From an uncultured bacterium (lineage in GTDB: Bacteria; Pseudomonadota; Alphaproteobacteria; Rs-D84): a stretch of 64,000 bases of DNA. The number at the start of each line of letters is the position of its first letter. Within the stretch, counting starts at the first letter, position 1. Positions 10,563 through 19,990 of the stretch are shown in pieces. The stretch is from positions 25,086-89,085 of the forward strand of contig CATNBF010000002.1 of NCBI GenBank assembly GCA_950096895.1, in the 5' to 3' direction. A program made the translations under genes and the position numbers. The notes beneath the pieces were generated by a model, which saw only the letters and a list, made by a program, of their open reading frames with translations, was not told the DNA's origin and ran no database searches.

Positions 10563-12824
10563 TTTTAACGGGGCCAATTCTTTGATTTCTTTGGTCTTGG
10601 GGTCATAGATGCGCGGTACCCCCGGATAGGCCAGGGCCGCATGATGACTGGGGACCAAAAATTCCGGTAATGGTGGGGCTTCGCCCATCATGACCTTGGC
10701 ATAGAGCTTTTTTTGAATCTCTGTTTTATTTAGAAACCAACGTTCCTGGCTTGCCTCTATCGGGCGGTTATAGTGACCCTGGATGATGACCAAGTGCTTT
10801 TCATCGGGTAATTTCATAATATCCATTTCGCTATACAAGGGGGCGGATTCGGTTGTCTCGCTCTCCTTGCCATCGGGGCCTTTGACCATTTTTTTCTTCA
10901 TCTTCATGCCGATCATTTCGGAAAAGCGTTTCGCACTATCGGGATCATTTTGACGCAGTACGATTTTGGCCGCCGTCGTTGAAATAATTGTCGCCGCGGC
11001 GTCGTTGCCATATTTTTCCGCAATCTGATGCAAGTCCTGGCCGATAATCAGGTATGAAATCTTTTGCCCACGCCCCAGGTCTGGTCCCTGGATCACGGCG
11101 TCCAGTTTTTGCATCTTGGGCATTTCATCCAACACGAACAGTACCGGATATGGCCCCATTTTTTTCCCATCCATGCCAACTTGTTCTGGGGGATTGGCCA
11201 ACAAGAAATTCGACATCAATTCGATAAAGATCCCGGTGATTGGGTTTAATGCCTGGGCATCGACCATGTTGATGGATAAATAGACCGATACAGGCTTGAT
11301 CTTGCCGTCACGTGGATCACGCAGCCCGCGCAGGTCTGAAAAGTGAAAGTCCGAATGACTGGTCCGGTTACGTACAGCCGCGTTACGGAATATCCCCAAT
11401 CCCGATAAAATCGTTGATAAAATAGATCCACGTTCCTTGTCCGGGGTATTGGCCAATTGGGTTAATTCCAGAATTGCACGGTGGGCGTATGCGTACTGGC
11501 GCGCTTCTTCGACGGCATCGGTCAACAGATCTTTCATTGGGTCGGCCATCATAACCATTTGGTCGCCTTGGCGGCGGCGTGCCTCTAACTCTTGGGCAAT
11601 GCGAATTTGGTTGGCGTTTAACCAGTCCAGAATCATGGACAATGATGCTTCTTTCCCGTGCCATGCATCTGGGATCCCGGCCCAGGTTCCAATATGGACA
11701 TAGTTTTGTGGTGTTAATTCCCCACGTGACAAGATGGCATATGCCGCATAGGCATTGGGATCATTGGTCATCGCCAGGTAATAGTCCCCCAGCACCGCCG
11801 CATCTTCGGCGTCAAACGTTCCTGCATTTAACCGGGAATAGAAATAATCATCGGCCTTGGCCCGTTCGATTTTAGAAATAATAAATTGGATTAATCCCGA
11901 CAGGCCCGCGCGTCCCGTCAATTGCCAGTGGGGATCGGCCGATGACGATGCCTGGTCAGGAATCAGGATCTTGCACATGGAATCCACGTACAAATCACGC
12001 ATTTCCGGATTAAACGGTACATGTTCCGGCGATAGCGGATTCCACGACGGATAATAAATGCCCCGCGCCGGGTCGTCTTGGCCCGCCCAGTTCATGATAA
12101 ACACCGGTCCGACCGATGCCCGATACCCGGATGTCTGTTGTTTTAATTCCGGTTTTGGGTCATTGATAATCATGGATACGCCATCACAGTCCAAAATTGT
12201 TGGGACGCATATACCTGCGGTTTTACCGGTCCCGGGGGGGGCAACGCACAATGCCGACAGGGTTTCGTCAAACATAATGGGGGCCATCTTGCCCTTGTTC
12301 TTGAAATAGCCCAAGACCATCATAAATCCCTTGAACAAATTGCCCCCGTTTTTGCCCATTTTGGAAATATCAGCCGCGGTCGCCTTGTTCGATGATTTTT
12401 CGTCGAATTTATCCTTGGCGTTGGGATTGAATTCATCAACCAATGTGGCGTCGGCCAAGAAATAATATGCGATAATGGGTAAAAACGGCACCAGGCACAT
12501 GATATCGGTACGAAATACCGTGCGCATGACCCATGCCGGAATTTGCGCCAGAACGGATAGCCCCCCACTGGTTAACATGTGGGTTAAATAAATTTTTATC
12601 CATTCAATTGTTGCCGGTGACCATCCATATCGCCAAAGATGTTCCACCATAAAAGATAGTCCAAACGCCACCGCACACATAATCCAGATATAGCATCCCC
12701 ACCGAATACGCCAAAACATGCGGGCCATGGGGGTGCGTTCATGTTCTTTGTATGCGGCGGATGAAAATATCCGCAGACCCTTGCCGCTATCACTGGTTGA
12801 TAAAATGTTGAACTTGCGTGCCAT
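10560..12824 (-). CDS. Type IV secretion coupling protein (VirD4/TraG family)
   Basis: N-terminal TM helices, Walker A APPGTGKTAG, the TraG/VirD4-type ERGSILST motif, Walker B PVLFVLDEMP and GQDLHQI. 754 aa. Confidence 0.85.
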   Translation of the reverse strand: MARKFNILSTSDSGKGLRIFSSAAYKEHERTPMARMFWRIRWGCYIWIMCAVAFGLSFMVEHLWRYGWSPATIEWIKIYLTHMLTSGGLSVLAQIPAWVMRTVFRTDIMCLVPFLPIIAYYFLADATLVDEFNPNAKDKFDEKSSNKATAADISKMGKNGGNLFKGFMMVLGYFKNKGKMAPIMFDETLSALCVAPPGTGKTAGICVPTILDCDGVSMIINDPKPELKQQTSGYRASVGPVFIMNWAGQDDPARGIYYPSWNPLSPEHVPFNPEMRDLYVDSMCKILIPDQASSSADPHWQLTGRAGLSGLIQFIISKIERAKADDYFYSRLNAGTFDAEDAAVLGDYYLAMTNDPNAYAAYAILSRGELTPQNYVHIGTWAGIPDAWHGKEASLSMILDWLNANQIRIAQELEARRRQGDQMVMMADPMKDLLTDAVEEARQYAYAHRAILELTQLANTPDKERGSILSTILSGLGIFRNAAVRNRTSHSDFHFSDLRGLRDPRDGKIKPVSVYLSINMVDAQALNPITGIFIELMSNFLLANPPEQVGMDGKKMGPYPVLFVLDEMPKMQKLDAVIQGPDLGRGQKISYLIIGQDLHQIAEKYGNDAAATIISTTAAKIVLRQNDPDSAKRFSEMIGMKMKKKMVKGPDGKESETTESAPLYSEMDIMKLPDEKHLVIIQGHYNRPIEASQERWFLNKTEIQKKLYAKVMMGEAPPLPEFLVPSHHAALAYPGVPRIYDPKTKEIKELAPLK

Positions 12825-12882
12825 TGTGCTATGATTATATCAGAAAAAAAGTCATTATTAAAGCCATGAATTGGAAGACAAG

Positions 12883-13545
12883 ATGAAAAATATTCCAAGA
12901 ATTTTTATTGATGCGCCACTGGGGGGCGGGGCAACGGTTGCCGCGTCACGGGATGTGGTTCATTATTTAACACGTGTGATGCGGACCGATCAATGCCTGG
13001 TCTTTAATGGGGGGGCAGAATACACGGCGCATCTGGATGATAACGGGATGTTAATCGTGGGGGATAAAACAGATCATGATGATCCATCAAGTCAGATTGT
13101 CATGTTCTTTGCCCCTATTAAAAAGACCGATGATTTGTTAAATATGGCGACCCAAATGGGGGTTCGGACATTTGTTCCGGTGATTACCGATCGAACCGTT
13201 GCCCATCATATTAATTGGGCCCGTATGCATAAGATTGTTATCGAAGCAGCCGAGCAATCCGGCCGCAACAGCGTGCCCGACATCTGTCCCCCGATTAAAT
13301 TTTCTGATTTAGATATGCGTGGGTTGGCCTATGGCGATGAACGGGCGGCGGCCGGGGTCGATATTGGCGCGTGGGATGATGTGCCAACGCGGGTTTTAAT
13401 CGGGCCCGAAGGCGGATTTTCCGATGCCGAATTTGATGCCTTGCGTGATGGCGGGGCGGTGGCGGTATCGCTGGGGAAAACCATCCTGCGGGCAGAGGTG
13501 GCCGCCGTCGCCATCTTGGCCAAGATTATTTTGGGGGCCGCATGA
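12883..13545 (+). CDS. rsmE: 16S rRNA (uracil1498-N3)-methyltransferase
   Basis: IPRIFIDAPL... PUA-like N-terminus and a SPOUT C-terminus (RVLIGPEGGFSDAEF...LGKTILRAEVAAVAIL). The ATG at 12883 has a GGAAG Shine-Dalgarno; the TTG at 12871 is an alternative start. Confidence 0.85.
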   Translation: MKNIPRIFIDAPLGGGATVAASRDVVHYLTRVMRTDQCLVFNGGAEYTAHLDDNGMLIVGDKTDHDDPSSQIVMFFAPIKKTDDLLNMATQMGVRTFVPVITDRTVAHHINWARMHKIVIEAAEQSGRNSVPDICPPIKFSDLDMRGLAYGDERAAAGVDIGAWDDVPTRVLIGPEGGFSDAEFDALRDGGAVAVSLGKTILRAEVAAVAILAKIILGAA

Positions 13546-14252
13546 CATCAATGCGTTTGGGCAAGTTTTTGGCGCAATCAGGGGTGGCATCACGTCGTGA
13601 TGCCGAACGATTGATTGCATCTGGGGTGGTGGCGGTTAACGGGGTGGTGGTGACAACACCGGTATACTTTGTTAATGATGGGGATCGGGTAACGGTCAAT
13701 GCAAAGGATATTAAACCAGACCAAAAAATTCGGATCTTTGCGTTTCATAAGCCCATTAATACCATGACAACCACACGGGATCCTGATGGACGGCGGACGA
13801 TTTATGATGTCTTGGGGGCGGAATATAAAAATTTGCGCTATGTCGGGCGATTGGATTTTAAGACGACGGGGCTGCTGCTGCTGACGAATAATGGGGATGT
13901 GGCGCGACAATTAACATTACCTGGCAATGAAATCCCCCGTTGTTATCTTGCGCGGGTGGCTAATGTTCGGGCGGCCAATTTGGATGCGGCGCGTCGGGGA
14001 ATGACGGTTGATGGAATTAAATATCGACCCATGCAGATTGATGTGGTTGATAACCACACATTGCGTGTCATTGTTACCGAAGGTAAAAAGAACGAAGTTC
14101 GTCATGTCTTGGCTGCGATTGGGGCACCGGTATTAAAGCTGCATCGGGTGTCATATGGGAATATTGATTTAGGGGATTTGAAACCCGGAAAAATTTACGA
14201 ATTGGATCAGAAAAGCATTGACGCGATTATGAAATCTCTTTACAATCGTTGA
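13542..14252 (+). CDS. Pseudouridine synthase, RsuA/RluB family
   Basis: S4 domain (RLGKFLAQSGVASRRDAERLI) and the catalytic GRLDFKTTGLLLLTN motif. ATGA overlap with rsmE. Confidence 0.85.
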   Translation: MTSMRLGKFLAQSGVASRRDAERLIASGVVAVNGVVVTTPVYFVNDGDRVTVNAKDIKPDQKIRIFAFHKPINTMTTTRDPDGRRTIYDVLGAEYKNLRYVGRLDFKTTGLLLLTNNGDVARQLTLPGNEIPRCYLARVANVRAANLDAARRGMTVDGIKYRPMQIDVVDNHTLRVIVTEGKKNEVRHVLAAIGAPVLKLHRVSYGNIDLGDLKPGKIYELDQKSIDAIMKSLYNR

Positions 14253-14279
14253 TAAGAAAGTAGGGCAAGGGAGATTTCC

Positions 14280-15275
14280 ATGAAGCAGAAAAAAACACCA
14301 GCAAAGAAAACACAGACCACGCGCCGCGCCGCGCCGGTCAAGGCAACGCCGAAAAACACTGCGCGGTCAGATGCACGGTTTAATCCGTGGTCGTTGTCGA
14401 TTTATCTGTATTGGTTTATTATTTTATTCTTTATTGCGGCGACGTTTTATATCTTGGGGCGCAGTCATTCGATCTTGCATCCGGTGGCCAATAATGTGAC
14501 CGTTACCGAAGAAGCATTGTTGAAAACAAACGATTATTTTGATTCGGGGCGTGAAAAATTAATTGCAGGGGATGTTAATGGGGCGATTGCGGATTTATCT
14601 GTGGTTATTGATGATGACAATGCGCCGGTCGATGCCTATATCTTGCGTGGCGAAGGATATATGCAAATGTCTGATTACCAGGCCGCATTGGCAGATTTTA
14701 ACCGTGCCATTGAAATGGATCCGTCCAATGCCGTGGCATATTATGATCGGGCGTTGTTAAATACCCGTCTGGAAGATTATAACGCGGCATTAAATGACAT
14801 TAACAATGCCTTGGCGGCGCGGGCGTCGGCCCCTAATGAAATACTGCGGTTGCGTGATTTGTATGCGCGTCGTGGGCAATTGAATTTGTGGTTAAAGAAT
14901 TGGAATGGGGCGATTGCGGATTATACCAATTCGTTGGCCCGTCCCGATGGGAATGTAACGCCGACGGTTTATGCCGAACGGGCCGAGGCGTATACGGCAT
15001 TGGGTCAATATGGTGATGCGATTAACGATTATGCGTCGGCCATTCGCGTTATTTCTGAACAAATCCAAGGCGCAACAGCGGCATCAGATCGTGAAGATTT
15101 ATCCAGCCGGGCCATGATGTATTTCGAAAAGTCGGCGGCGTTAAATCTGAAACTGGGCAATGTGGCATCGGCTCGAAATGATCTGGATTCGGCATACACC
15201 ATTGCGGCGGCGTTAAATGACGAAGATAGTATGATGCGATTAAAACAATTAATTGCCGAATTACAGGCCCAATAA
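14280..15275 (+). CDS. Membrane-anchored TPR-repeat protein
   Basis: Basic N-terminus, one TM helix (LSIYLYWFIILFFIAATFYILG), then several TPR-like repeats (AYILRGEGYMQMSDYQAALADFNRAIEMDPSNAVAYYDRA...). Confidence 0.7.
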   Translation: MKQKKTPAKKTQTTRRAAPVKATPKNTARSDARFNPWSLSIYLYWFIILFFIAATFYILGRSHSILHPVANNVTVTEEALLKTNDYFDSGREKLIAGDVNGAIADLSVVIDDDNAPVDAYILRGEGYMQMSDYQAALADFNRAIEMDPSNAVAYYDRALLNTRLEDYNAALNDINNALAARASAPNEILRLRDLYARRGQLNLWLKNWNGAIADYTNSLARPDGNVTPTVYAERAEAYTALGQYGDAINDYASAIRVISEQIQGATAASDREDLSSRAMMYFEKSAALNLKLGNVASARNDLDSAYTIAAALNDEDSMMRLKQLIAELQAQ

Positions 15276-15277
15276 TA

Positions 15278-15306
15278 ATCCCGCCATTTGGCGGGAATTT
15301 TTTTAT
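15278..15306. terminator. Bidirectional intrinsic terminator
   Basis: atcccgcc-attt-ggcgggaattttttt, between convergent genes. Confidence 0.7.
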
Positions 15307-15315
15307 CGTTTTTTA

Positions 15316-16335
15316 TCAAAAGTTAACACGGATACCGGCAGCCAAAAATGGGGTTTCGGTTGACAGACCCAATGACACCCAACCGTCGACGTTCTTGCTA
15401 TACTTATACCGTAATGACGCGATGGCCGTATGGTCAATATAATGATGGGCATTGCCCCAGATACCTGTATCTGAAAACAGATAGGTTGCCGATACCGTGT
15501 ATTTTAATAAATCATAGCTAAGCCCGGCACCCGCCGCCACACCATCGGATGGCCGCCCCAGCGCATTTTTATCATAGACGATCCGTCCGCCGGCCCCAAA
15601 AATCCATCCTTTGTATTGAATGTTTATGCCTGCCGAACCCTGGGCCCGCCAATCGGCATCCAGATTTTGTGTCCCCGATCCCACACGCAGGTTATGGGGA
15701 TTATCAATGAAAGATGCCCCCAACGTGAATGCGGTTTTAATTCGGCCATAGGGTTGGCGAATTTTTATGGCAGCATCGGCCGAGAAATCAAAATGTTCGG
15801 ATGTGGCCAGTGACGTTCCAAACTGGATCCCGTTGCGCGGCATACTGGCCAAATTAAGGCGTGGGCTATATCGGCCATCATTGATGGTTAAATCTGAAAT
15901 AATCGGTCCATCTGGGCGAATTTTTTTGAAGATCAATGATTGATCATTAATGCGCAATCCCCCCACGTCGGGTAATCCCACCCCCAGCTTTTTCGCAATA
16001 GAATCTGTTAATCCCAATTCAATTCGACCATATCGCGCCATTTCAAAAAACATAAATGCGTCACGGGCCCAATAACCTTCGTCGGTGGCCAAGGCATCAA
16101 TGGCATAGATGGCCCCCAGGCTTTGTCCCTGGGCGACGGCATAATTAAACTGGGCCCGGGCGCGCCAATCGGCAATAAATTTTCCATCGGAAAAGTCGGG
16201 CTGGATTAATCCCGGGGTTGCATATCCCGTCAGTTTTACCGCCGCCCGGCCCCGATCATACGTGAACGCATTTGCATTTCCGACGGTCAATATGACGCCC
16301 ATCGCGCCCATCCATTGTATCGTTTTGTTTGTCAT
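15316..16335 (-). CDS. Outer-membrane beta-barrel protein (porin-like)
   Basis: Signal peptide (MGAMGVILTVGNANA), alternating-hydrophobic beta-strand pattern throughout, and a C-terminal aromatic residue (..GIRVNF). Confidence 0.55.
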   Translation of the reverse strand: MTNKTIQWMGAMGVILTVGNANAFTYDRGRAAVKLTGYATPGLIQPDFSDGKFIADWRARAQFNYAVAQGQSLGAIYAIDALATDEGYWARDAFMFFEMARYGRIELGLTDSIAKKLGVGLPDVGGLRINDQSLIFKKIRPDGPIISDLTINDGRYSPRLNLASMPRNGIQFGTSLATSEHFDFSADAAIKIRQPYGRIKTAFTLGASFIDNPHNLRVGSGTQNLDADWRAQGSAGINIQYKGWIFGAGGRIVYDKNALGRPSDGVAAGAGLSYDLLKYTVSATYLFSDTGIWGNAHHYIDHTAIASLRYKYSKNVDGWVSLGLSTETPFLAAGIRVNF

Positions 16336-16358
16336 TGGGGTCCTTGTTATTCTGGGGG

Positions 16359-17279
16359 TTATTCATTAATTGGGGCGGCTGTATCGGTCAAGATGGCGGT
16401 GCGCAACTTGTCAAAGGCGCGTTCTTCGATTTGCCGGACCCGTTCGCGAGAGATGTTGTATTTCTGGGACAACGCCTCAAGCGTTAAGGCTGGTTCTGTC
16501 AGACGGCGGGCCACCAAAATTTCCCGATCGCGTGTGCCCAGATTTCCCAAATGTTTTTGCAACAGATCCATGGCGGTGCGCTGGAAATGATATTGTTCGG
16601 TAATTTCATCTGGACGCGGTCCCGTATCGGCCAGATTGGTTAACATTTCATCCCCGTCATTATCATGCCCGATCGGTGTATTCAAAGAGATATCCCGTGC
16701 CGTCATACGGGTTGACATGCGACGGACATCTGATTCTGGTACTTCTAAATACTTGGCAATTTGTTGGGTTTGATCATCGGATAGGTGATTATCCATTATC
16801 CCCAGGGCACGTTTGGCCCGTGCCAGGTTAAAGAACACCCGCTTTTGATTGGCAGATGTGCCAATTTTAACAATTGACCAATTGTTTAATATTGTTTCAT
16901 AGATTTCGGCCCGAACCCAAAACATGGCATAGGTTGAAAAGCGAAATCCCCGTTCTGGATCAAATTTTTGGATGGCCTGCATCAGACCCATATTCCCACT
17001 GGCGATTAAATCACCCATCGCAATGCCATAGTTTTTGAAATCATAGGCAACCGATACCACCATCCGCAGGTGGGATAGCACCAGCTGCTCTGCTGCGGCA
17101 TGATTGTGGTTTTGGATCCAATCAACGGCGTATTCATATTCTTGCTGGGCCGTTAGTATGGGAATTTCTTGGACCATTTTTATATATTGGGCCAAAGAGG
17201 CGTCATCACTAACCCCGCGGGCCGCGACCAGCGATGTGTTTTGTACAGTTGGCAAAGCGTTCTTGATTTGCTTTTTCAT
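16359..17279 (-). CDS. rpoH: RNA polymerase sigma-32 factor
   Basis: Region 2 (LVLSHLRMVVSVAYDFKNYGIAMGDLIASGNMGLMQAIQKFDPERGFRFSTYAMFWVRAEI), an RpoH-box-like segment (KRVFFNLARAK) and a region 4 HTH (LEALSQKYNISRERVRQIEERA). Start taken at MKKQIKN. Confidence 0.9.
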   Translation of the reverse strand: MKKQIKNALPTVQNTSLVAARGVSDDASLAQYIKMVQEIPILTAQQEYEYAVDWIQNHNHAAAEQLVLSHLRMVVSVAYDFKNYGIAMGDLIASGNMGLMQAIQKFDPERGFRFSTYAMFWVRAEIYETILNNWSIVKIGTSANQKRVFFNLARAKRALGIMDNHLSDDQTQQIAKYLEVPESDVRRMSTRMTARDISLNTPIGHDNDGDEMLTNLADTGPRPDEITEQYHFQRTAMDLLQKHLGNLGTRDREILVARRLTEPALTLEALSQKYNISRERVRQIEERAFDKLRTAILTDTAAPINE

Positions 17280-17332
17280 AACATTTATAGTATAGCAATA
17301 AAATACCAATTATCAAGACAGGAGAATTTTCC

Positions 17333-17983
17333 ATGGCAACAATTTTGGAAAGAAATAAAAATGTAAAACCCCCAAAGAAAACCCGCGAAGATTACGCCGA
17401 AGATGCTCTTTATCGCGAAGTGTGGGAAGAAGTTAACAACGAAAAGACCCAGCGGTTTATTAAAAAATATGCCCGTGTGATGATTGCTGCTGCGGTGGCA
17501 TTGGTGGTTGTGGTTGTTGGCATCCAGATCGGGGTAACATCATATCGGGCCCGTCGGATTGCGGCCGCCCAGAATTATGAAACGGCCATTATAAACCGGG
17601 ATGCATCTGCATTGGCGGCAATTGGCCAATTGTCACGGGGGGCATCGGCGGATTTGGCCTTGTTCCAGGCATATTTAATCAGTGGCGATGCCGACAAGTT
17701 ACAGCATTTGGCCGATCATGGTCATAGTCGCGATTTGCGTGATCTGGCCCGAATTCATGTGGTGCAATTGCGCGGTGATCAAATGTCTGCATCGGATGTT
17801 GAACAATATTTGGCCGATTTGGATACGAAAAAGTCGCCGTATTATTACACATCACGTCTGATTGTGGCGCAAAAGTATCTGGCCGATGGCGATGCGGCGC
17901 GGGGACGGGGAATATTAGATAAAATTATTTCTGACAAAGATGCACCCGCCATTGTGGCGGCCAATGCAGCGGCGTTGCGATAA
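17333..17983 (+). CDS. YfgM-like membrane-anchored TPR-like protein
   Basis: Charged N-terminus, a single TM helix (VMIAAAVALVVVVVGIQIGV) and a helical periplasmic domain. Sits immediately upstream of a BamB-like lipoprotein, as yfgM-bamB does in many Proteobacteria. Confidence 0.5.
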   Translation: MATILERNKNVKPPKKTREDYAEDALYREVWEEVNNEKTQRFIKKYARVMIAAAVALVVVVVGIQIGVTSYRARRIAAAQNYETAIINRDASALAAIGQLSRGASADLALFQAYLISGDADKLQHLADHGHSRDLRDLARIHVVQLRGDQMSASDVEQYLADLDTKKSPYYYTSRLIVAQKYLADGDAARGRGILDKIISDKDAPAIVAANAAALR

Positions 17984-18003
17984 AGGTACAGGGGGGCAAA
18001 TCG

Positions 18004-18738
18004 ATGCGTAAAACAACATTGGCGTTGATGATGGCAACTTTCATGGCCGGATGTGGGTCCCATGACCCTATTTTGCCGGGGGATCGTACCGCCATTTTTA
18101 AGAGCGAGAGTATCACCATCTTAAACGAAAAAATTGAAAATTTACCAGATGCGGCAGTGTCTGGGGATGCGGGGGCGTGTCCTTATACCCAAGATGCACA
18201 AAACATTATCTGGGATGGGGACAAAAAGGTCTTTACAGGGTTTCCGACATCGAATTGTGTCGGGGCAACGCGGCGGCCGGTTTGTCATGGCCCGCATATT
18301 TATGCAGGCCTAACCACGGGAGAGGTTGTTAAACTAAACCCAAAAACGCGCCAAGTGGCATGGGTTGCCGATGTTTATCGCCCCAGTAATATGACCGGCG
18401 GGGCATCGGTCTTGGATATTGTGGCCCCCATTGTGGTTGATGGGGCATCGGTTTATGCTGGTGGATTGGGGGATGCGTTTTGTCGGTTGCGTGGGGACAG
18501 CGGGACATCCCGCTGGTGCGTGCCGATTGCGACCGCCCATCCGTTTGTGATTGCAGGGCCGGCGGCGTTTGTGATGTCGACCGATGGGAACTTGTATGCG
18601 GTGCGTACCCGTGACGGGGCGGTTTATTGGCGCACCGGTGTTAAACGCGGGGGGGCACCCACGTATGCGGCGGGTAAAATTCGTATTGATGCCCAATGTT
18701 TTAATGCCACCGACGGCGGTGCCATATCGTGTGATTAA
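18004..18738 (+). CDS. PQQ-like beta-propeller lipoprotein (short BamB-like)
   Basis: Lipobox LMMATFMAGCGS. Repeated propeller-like segments (IYAGLTTGEVVKLNPKTRQVAW, VYAGGLGDAFCRLRGDSGTSRW, NLYAVRTRDGAVYW). Only 244 aa, and I recall typical BamB as considerably longer. Confidence 0.55.
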   Translation: MRKTTLALMMATFMAGCGSHDPILPGDRTAIFKSESITILNEKIENLPDAAVSGDAGACPYTQDAQNIIWDGDKKVFTGFPTSNCVGATRRPVCHGPHIYAGLTTGEVVKLNPKTRQVAWVADVYRPSNMTGGASVLDIVAPIVVDGASVYAGGLGDAFCRLRGDSGTSRWCVPIATAHPFVIAGPAAFVMSTDGNLYAVRTRDGAVYWRTGVKRGGAPTYAAGKIRIDAQCFNATDGGAISCD

Positions 18739-18794
18739 TCATTGCAAATTGCGAAAAGTATGATAACATTCGGCCCGAATTCAAGGGATAAGAT

Positions 18795-19331
18795 ATGACA
18801 ATAGAAGAAATAAAACCAGGTAAATTACCGCCCAAGAAGATGACGGCGATTATAGAAGTGCCAGAAAATGGCTTTGTTAAATATGAAATTGACAAGGCGA
18901 CAGGTCTGTTGCGGGTGGATCGTATTTTGCATACGCCGGTGGCGTATCCGGCGAACTATGGCTATTTCCCGGGGACATTGGGCGATGATGGGGATCCGCT
19001 GGATTGTGTGGTGGTTTGTGCCGCCCCGTTACAGCCGGGGGTGTTGATCGATGTTCACCCAATTGGGGTTTTGTTAATGGAAGATCAGGCTGGCGGTGAT
19101 GAAAAGATTATTTGTGTGCCCCGCGATCGGATTGATCCTTATTATGAAAATATTTCCCATGTCGAAGATTTGCCGGCGATTTTACGGGCAAAAATCGAAT
19201 ACTTTTTCCATCATTACAAGGATTTGGAACCAGGATCTTGGTCCAAGATTTTGGGATGGGGTGACCGTGAAACGGCCGATAAAATCATCATGGACAGTAT
19301 CGATAGATACCGCACCACAAAGAAACAATAA
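18795..19331 (+). CDS. ppa: Inorganic pyrophosphatase
   Basis: Family I PPase motifs: IEVPENGFVKYEIDK, YPANYGYFPGTLGDDGDPLDCVV, DEKIICV. Confidence 0.95.
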   Translation: MTIEEIKPGKLPPKKMTAIIEVPENGFVKYEIDKATGLLRVDRILHTPVAYPANYGYFPGTLGDDGDPLDCVVVCAAPLQPGVLIDVHPIGVLLMEDQAGGDEKIICVPRDRIDPYYENISHVEDLPAILRAKIEYFFHHYKDLEPGSWSKILGWGDRETADKIIMDSIDRYRTTKKQ

Positions 19332-19348
19332 AACCAAGGGGTAGTGAT

Positions 19349-19918
19349 ATGGCATCATATATTGCAAATGATATGCGTGTTGGTTGGGTTATTTCCCACA
19401 ACGGGCGGCGTTATTCTGTGACATCAATTACAAAGGTAAAACCGGGCAAGGGCGGCGCATTTGTTCAAGCAGACTTGCGCGATATTGATTCTGGGAACAA
19501 GGGTGGCGATCGCTGGCGTGCCGAAGACAAGGTCGAAAAATTAATGGTCGAAGATATTGAATGCCAATATCTGTATTCGGACGGGTCAGATGCTTTTTTC
19601 ATGAATCTGAACGATTATGAACAATTTACGATGCCGGTTGATTCTTTGGGGGAACAGATGAAATTCTTGGAACCGGAAATGACGGTCAAGGCGAACTTTG
19701 TCGAAGGGATGCCGGTATCGATCACATTGCCCAAGACAGTTGTGGCAACAATCGAAGAAACAGAACCTGCATTAAAGGGCCAAACCGCCACGTCCAGTGG
19801 GGGCAAACCCGCCATCTTGGATAATGGTGTCCGGGTTCAGGTTCCGGTCTTTATTGAACAGGGTGAACGTATTGTGGTTAATACCGAAACACTGGAATAT
19901 GTGGAACGTGCAAAATAA
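19349..19918 (+). CDS. efp: Elongation factor P
   Basis: KVKPGKGGAFVQADLRDIDSGNK (the loop with the modifiable residue) and a three-domain length of 189 aa. Confidence 0.95.
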   Translation: MASYIANDMRVGWVISHNGRRYSVTSITKVKPGKGGAFVQADLRDIDSGNKGGDRWRAEDKVEKLMVEDIECQYLYSDGSDAFFMNLNDYEQFTMPVDSLGEQMKFLEPEMTVKANFVEGMPVSITLPKTVVATIEETEPALKGQTATSSGGKPAILDNGVRVQVPVFIEQGERIVVNTETLEYVERAK

Positions 19919-19944
19919 AAAAATCCCGGTAACGGGATTTTTTT
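19914..19944 (+). terminator. Intrinsic terminator after efp
   Basis: atcccg-gtaa-cgggat followed by T7. A second hairpin (cgtccc-ggat-gggacg, about 19965-19980) could serve the convergent minus-strand gene. Confidence 0.7.
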
Positions 19945-19990
19945 ATATGATCATTATTAAAAAAACGTCCCGGATGGGACGCTTTTGTTT

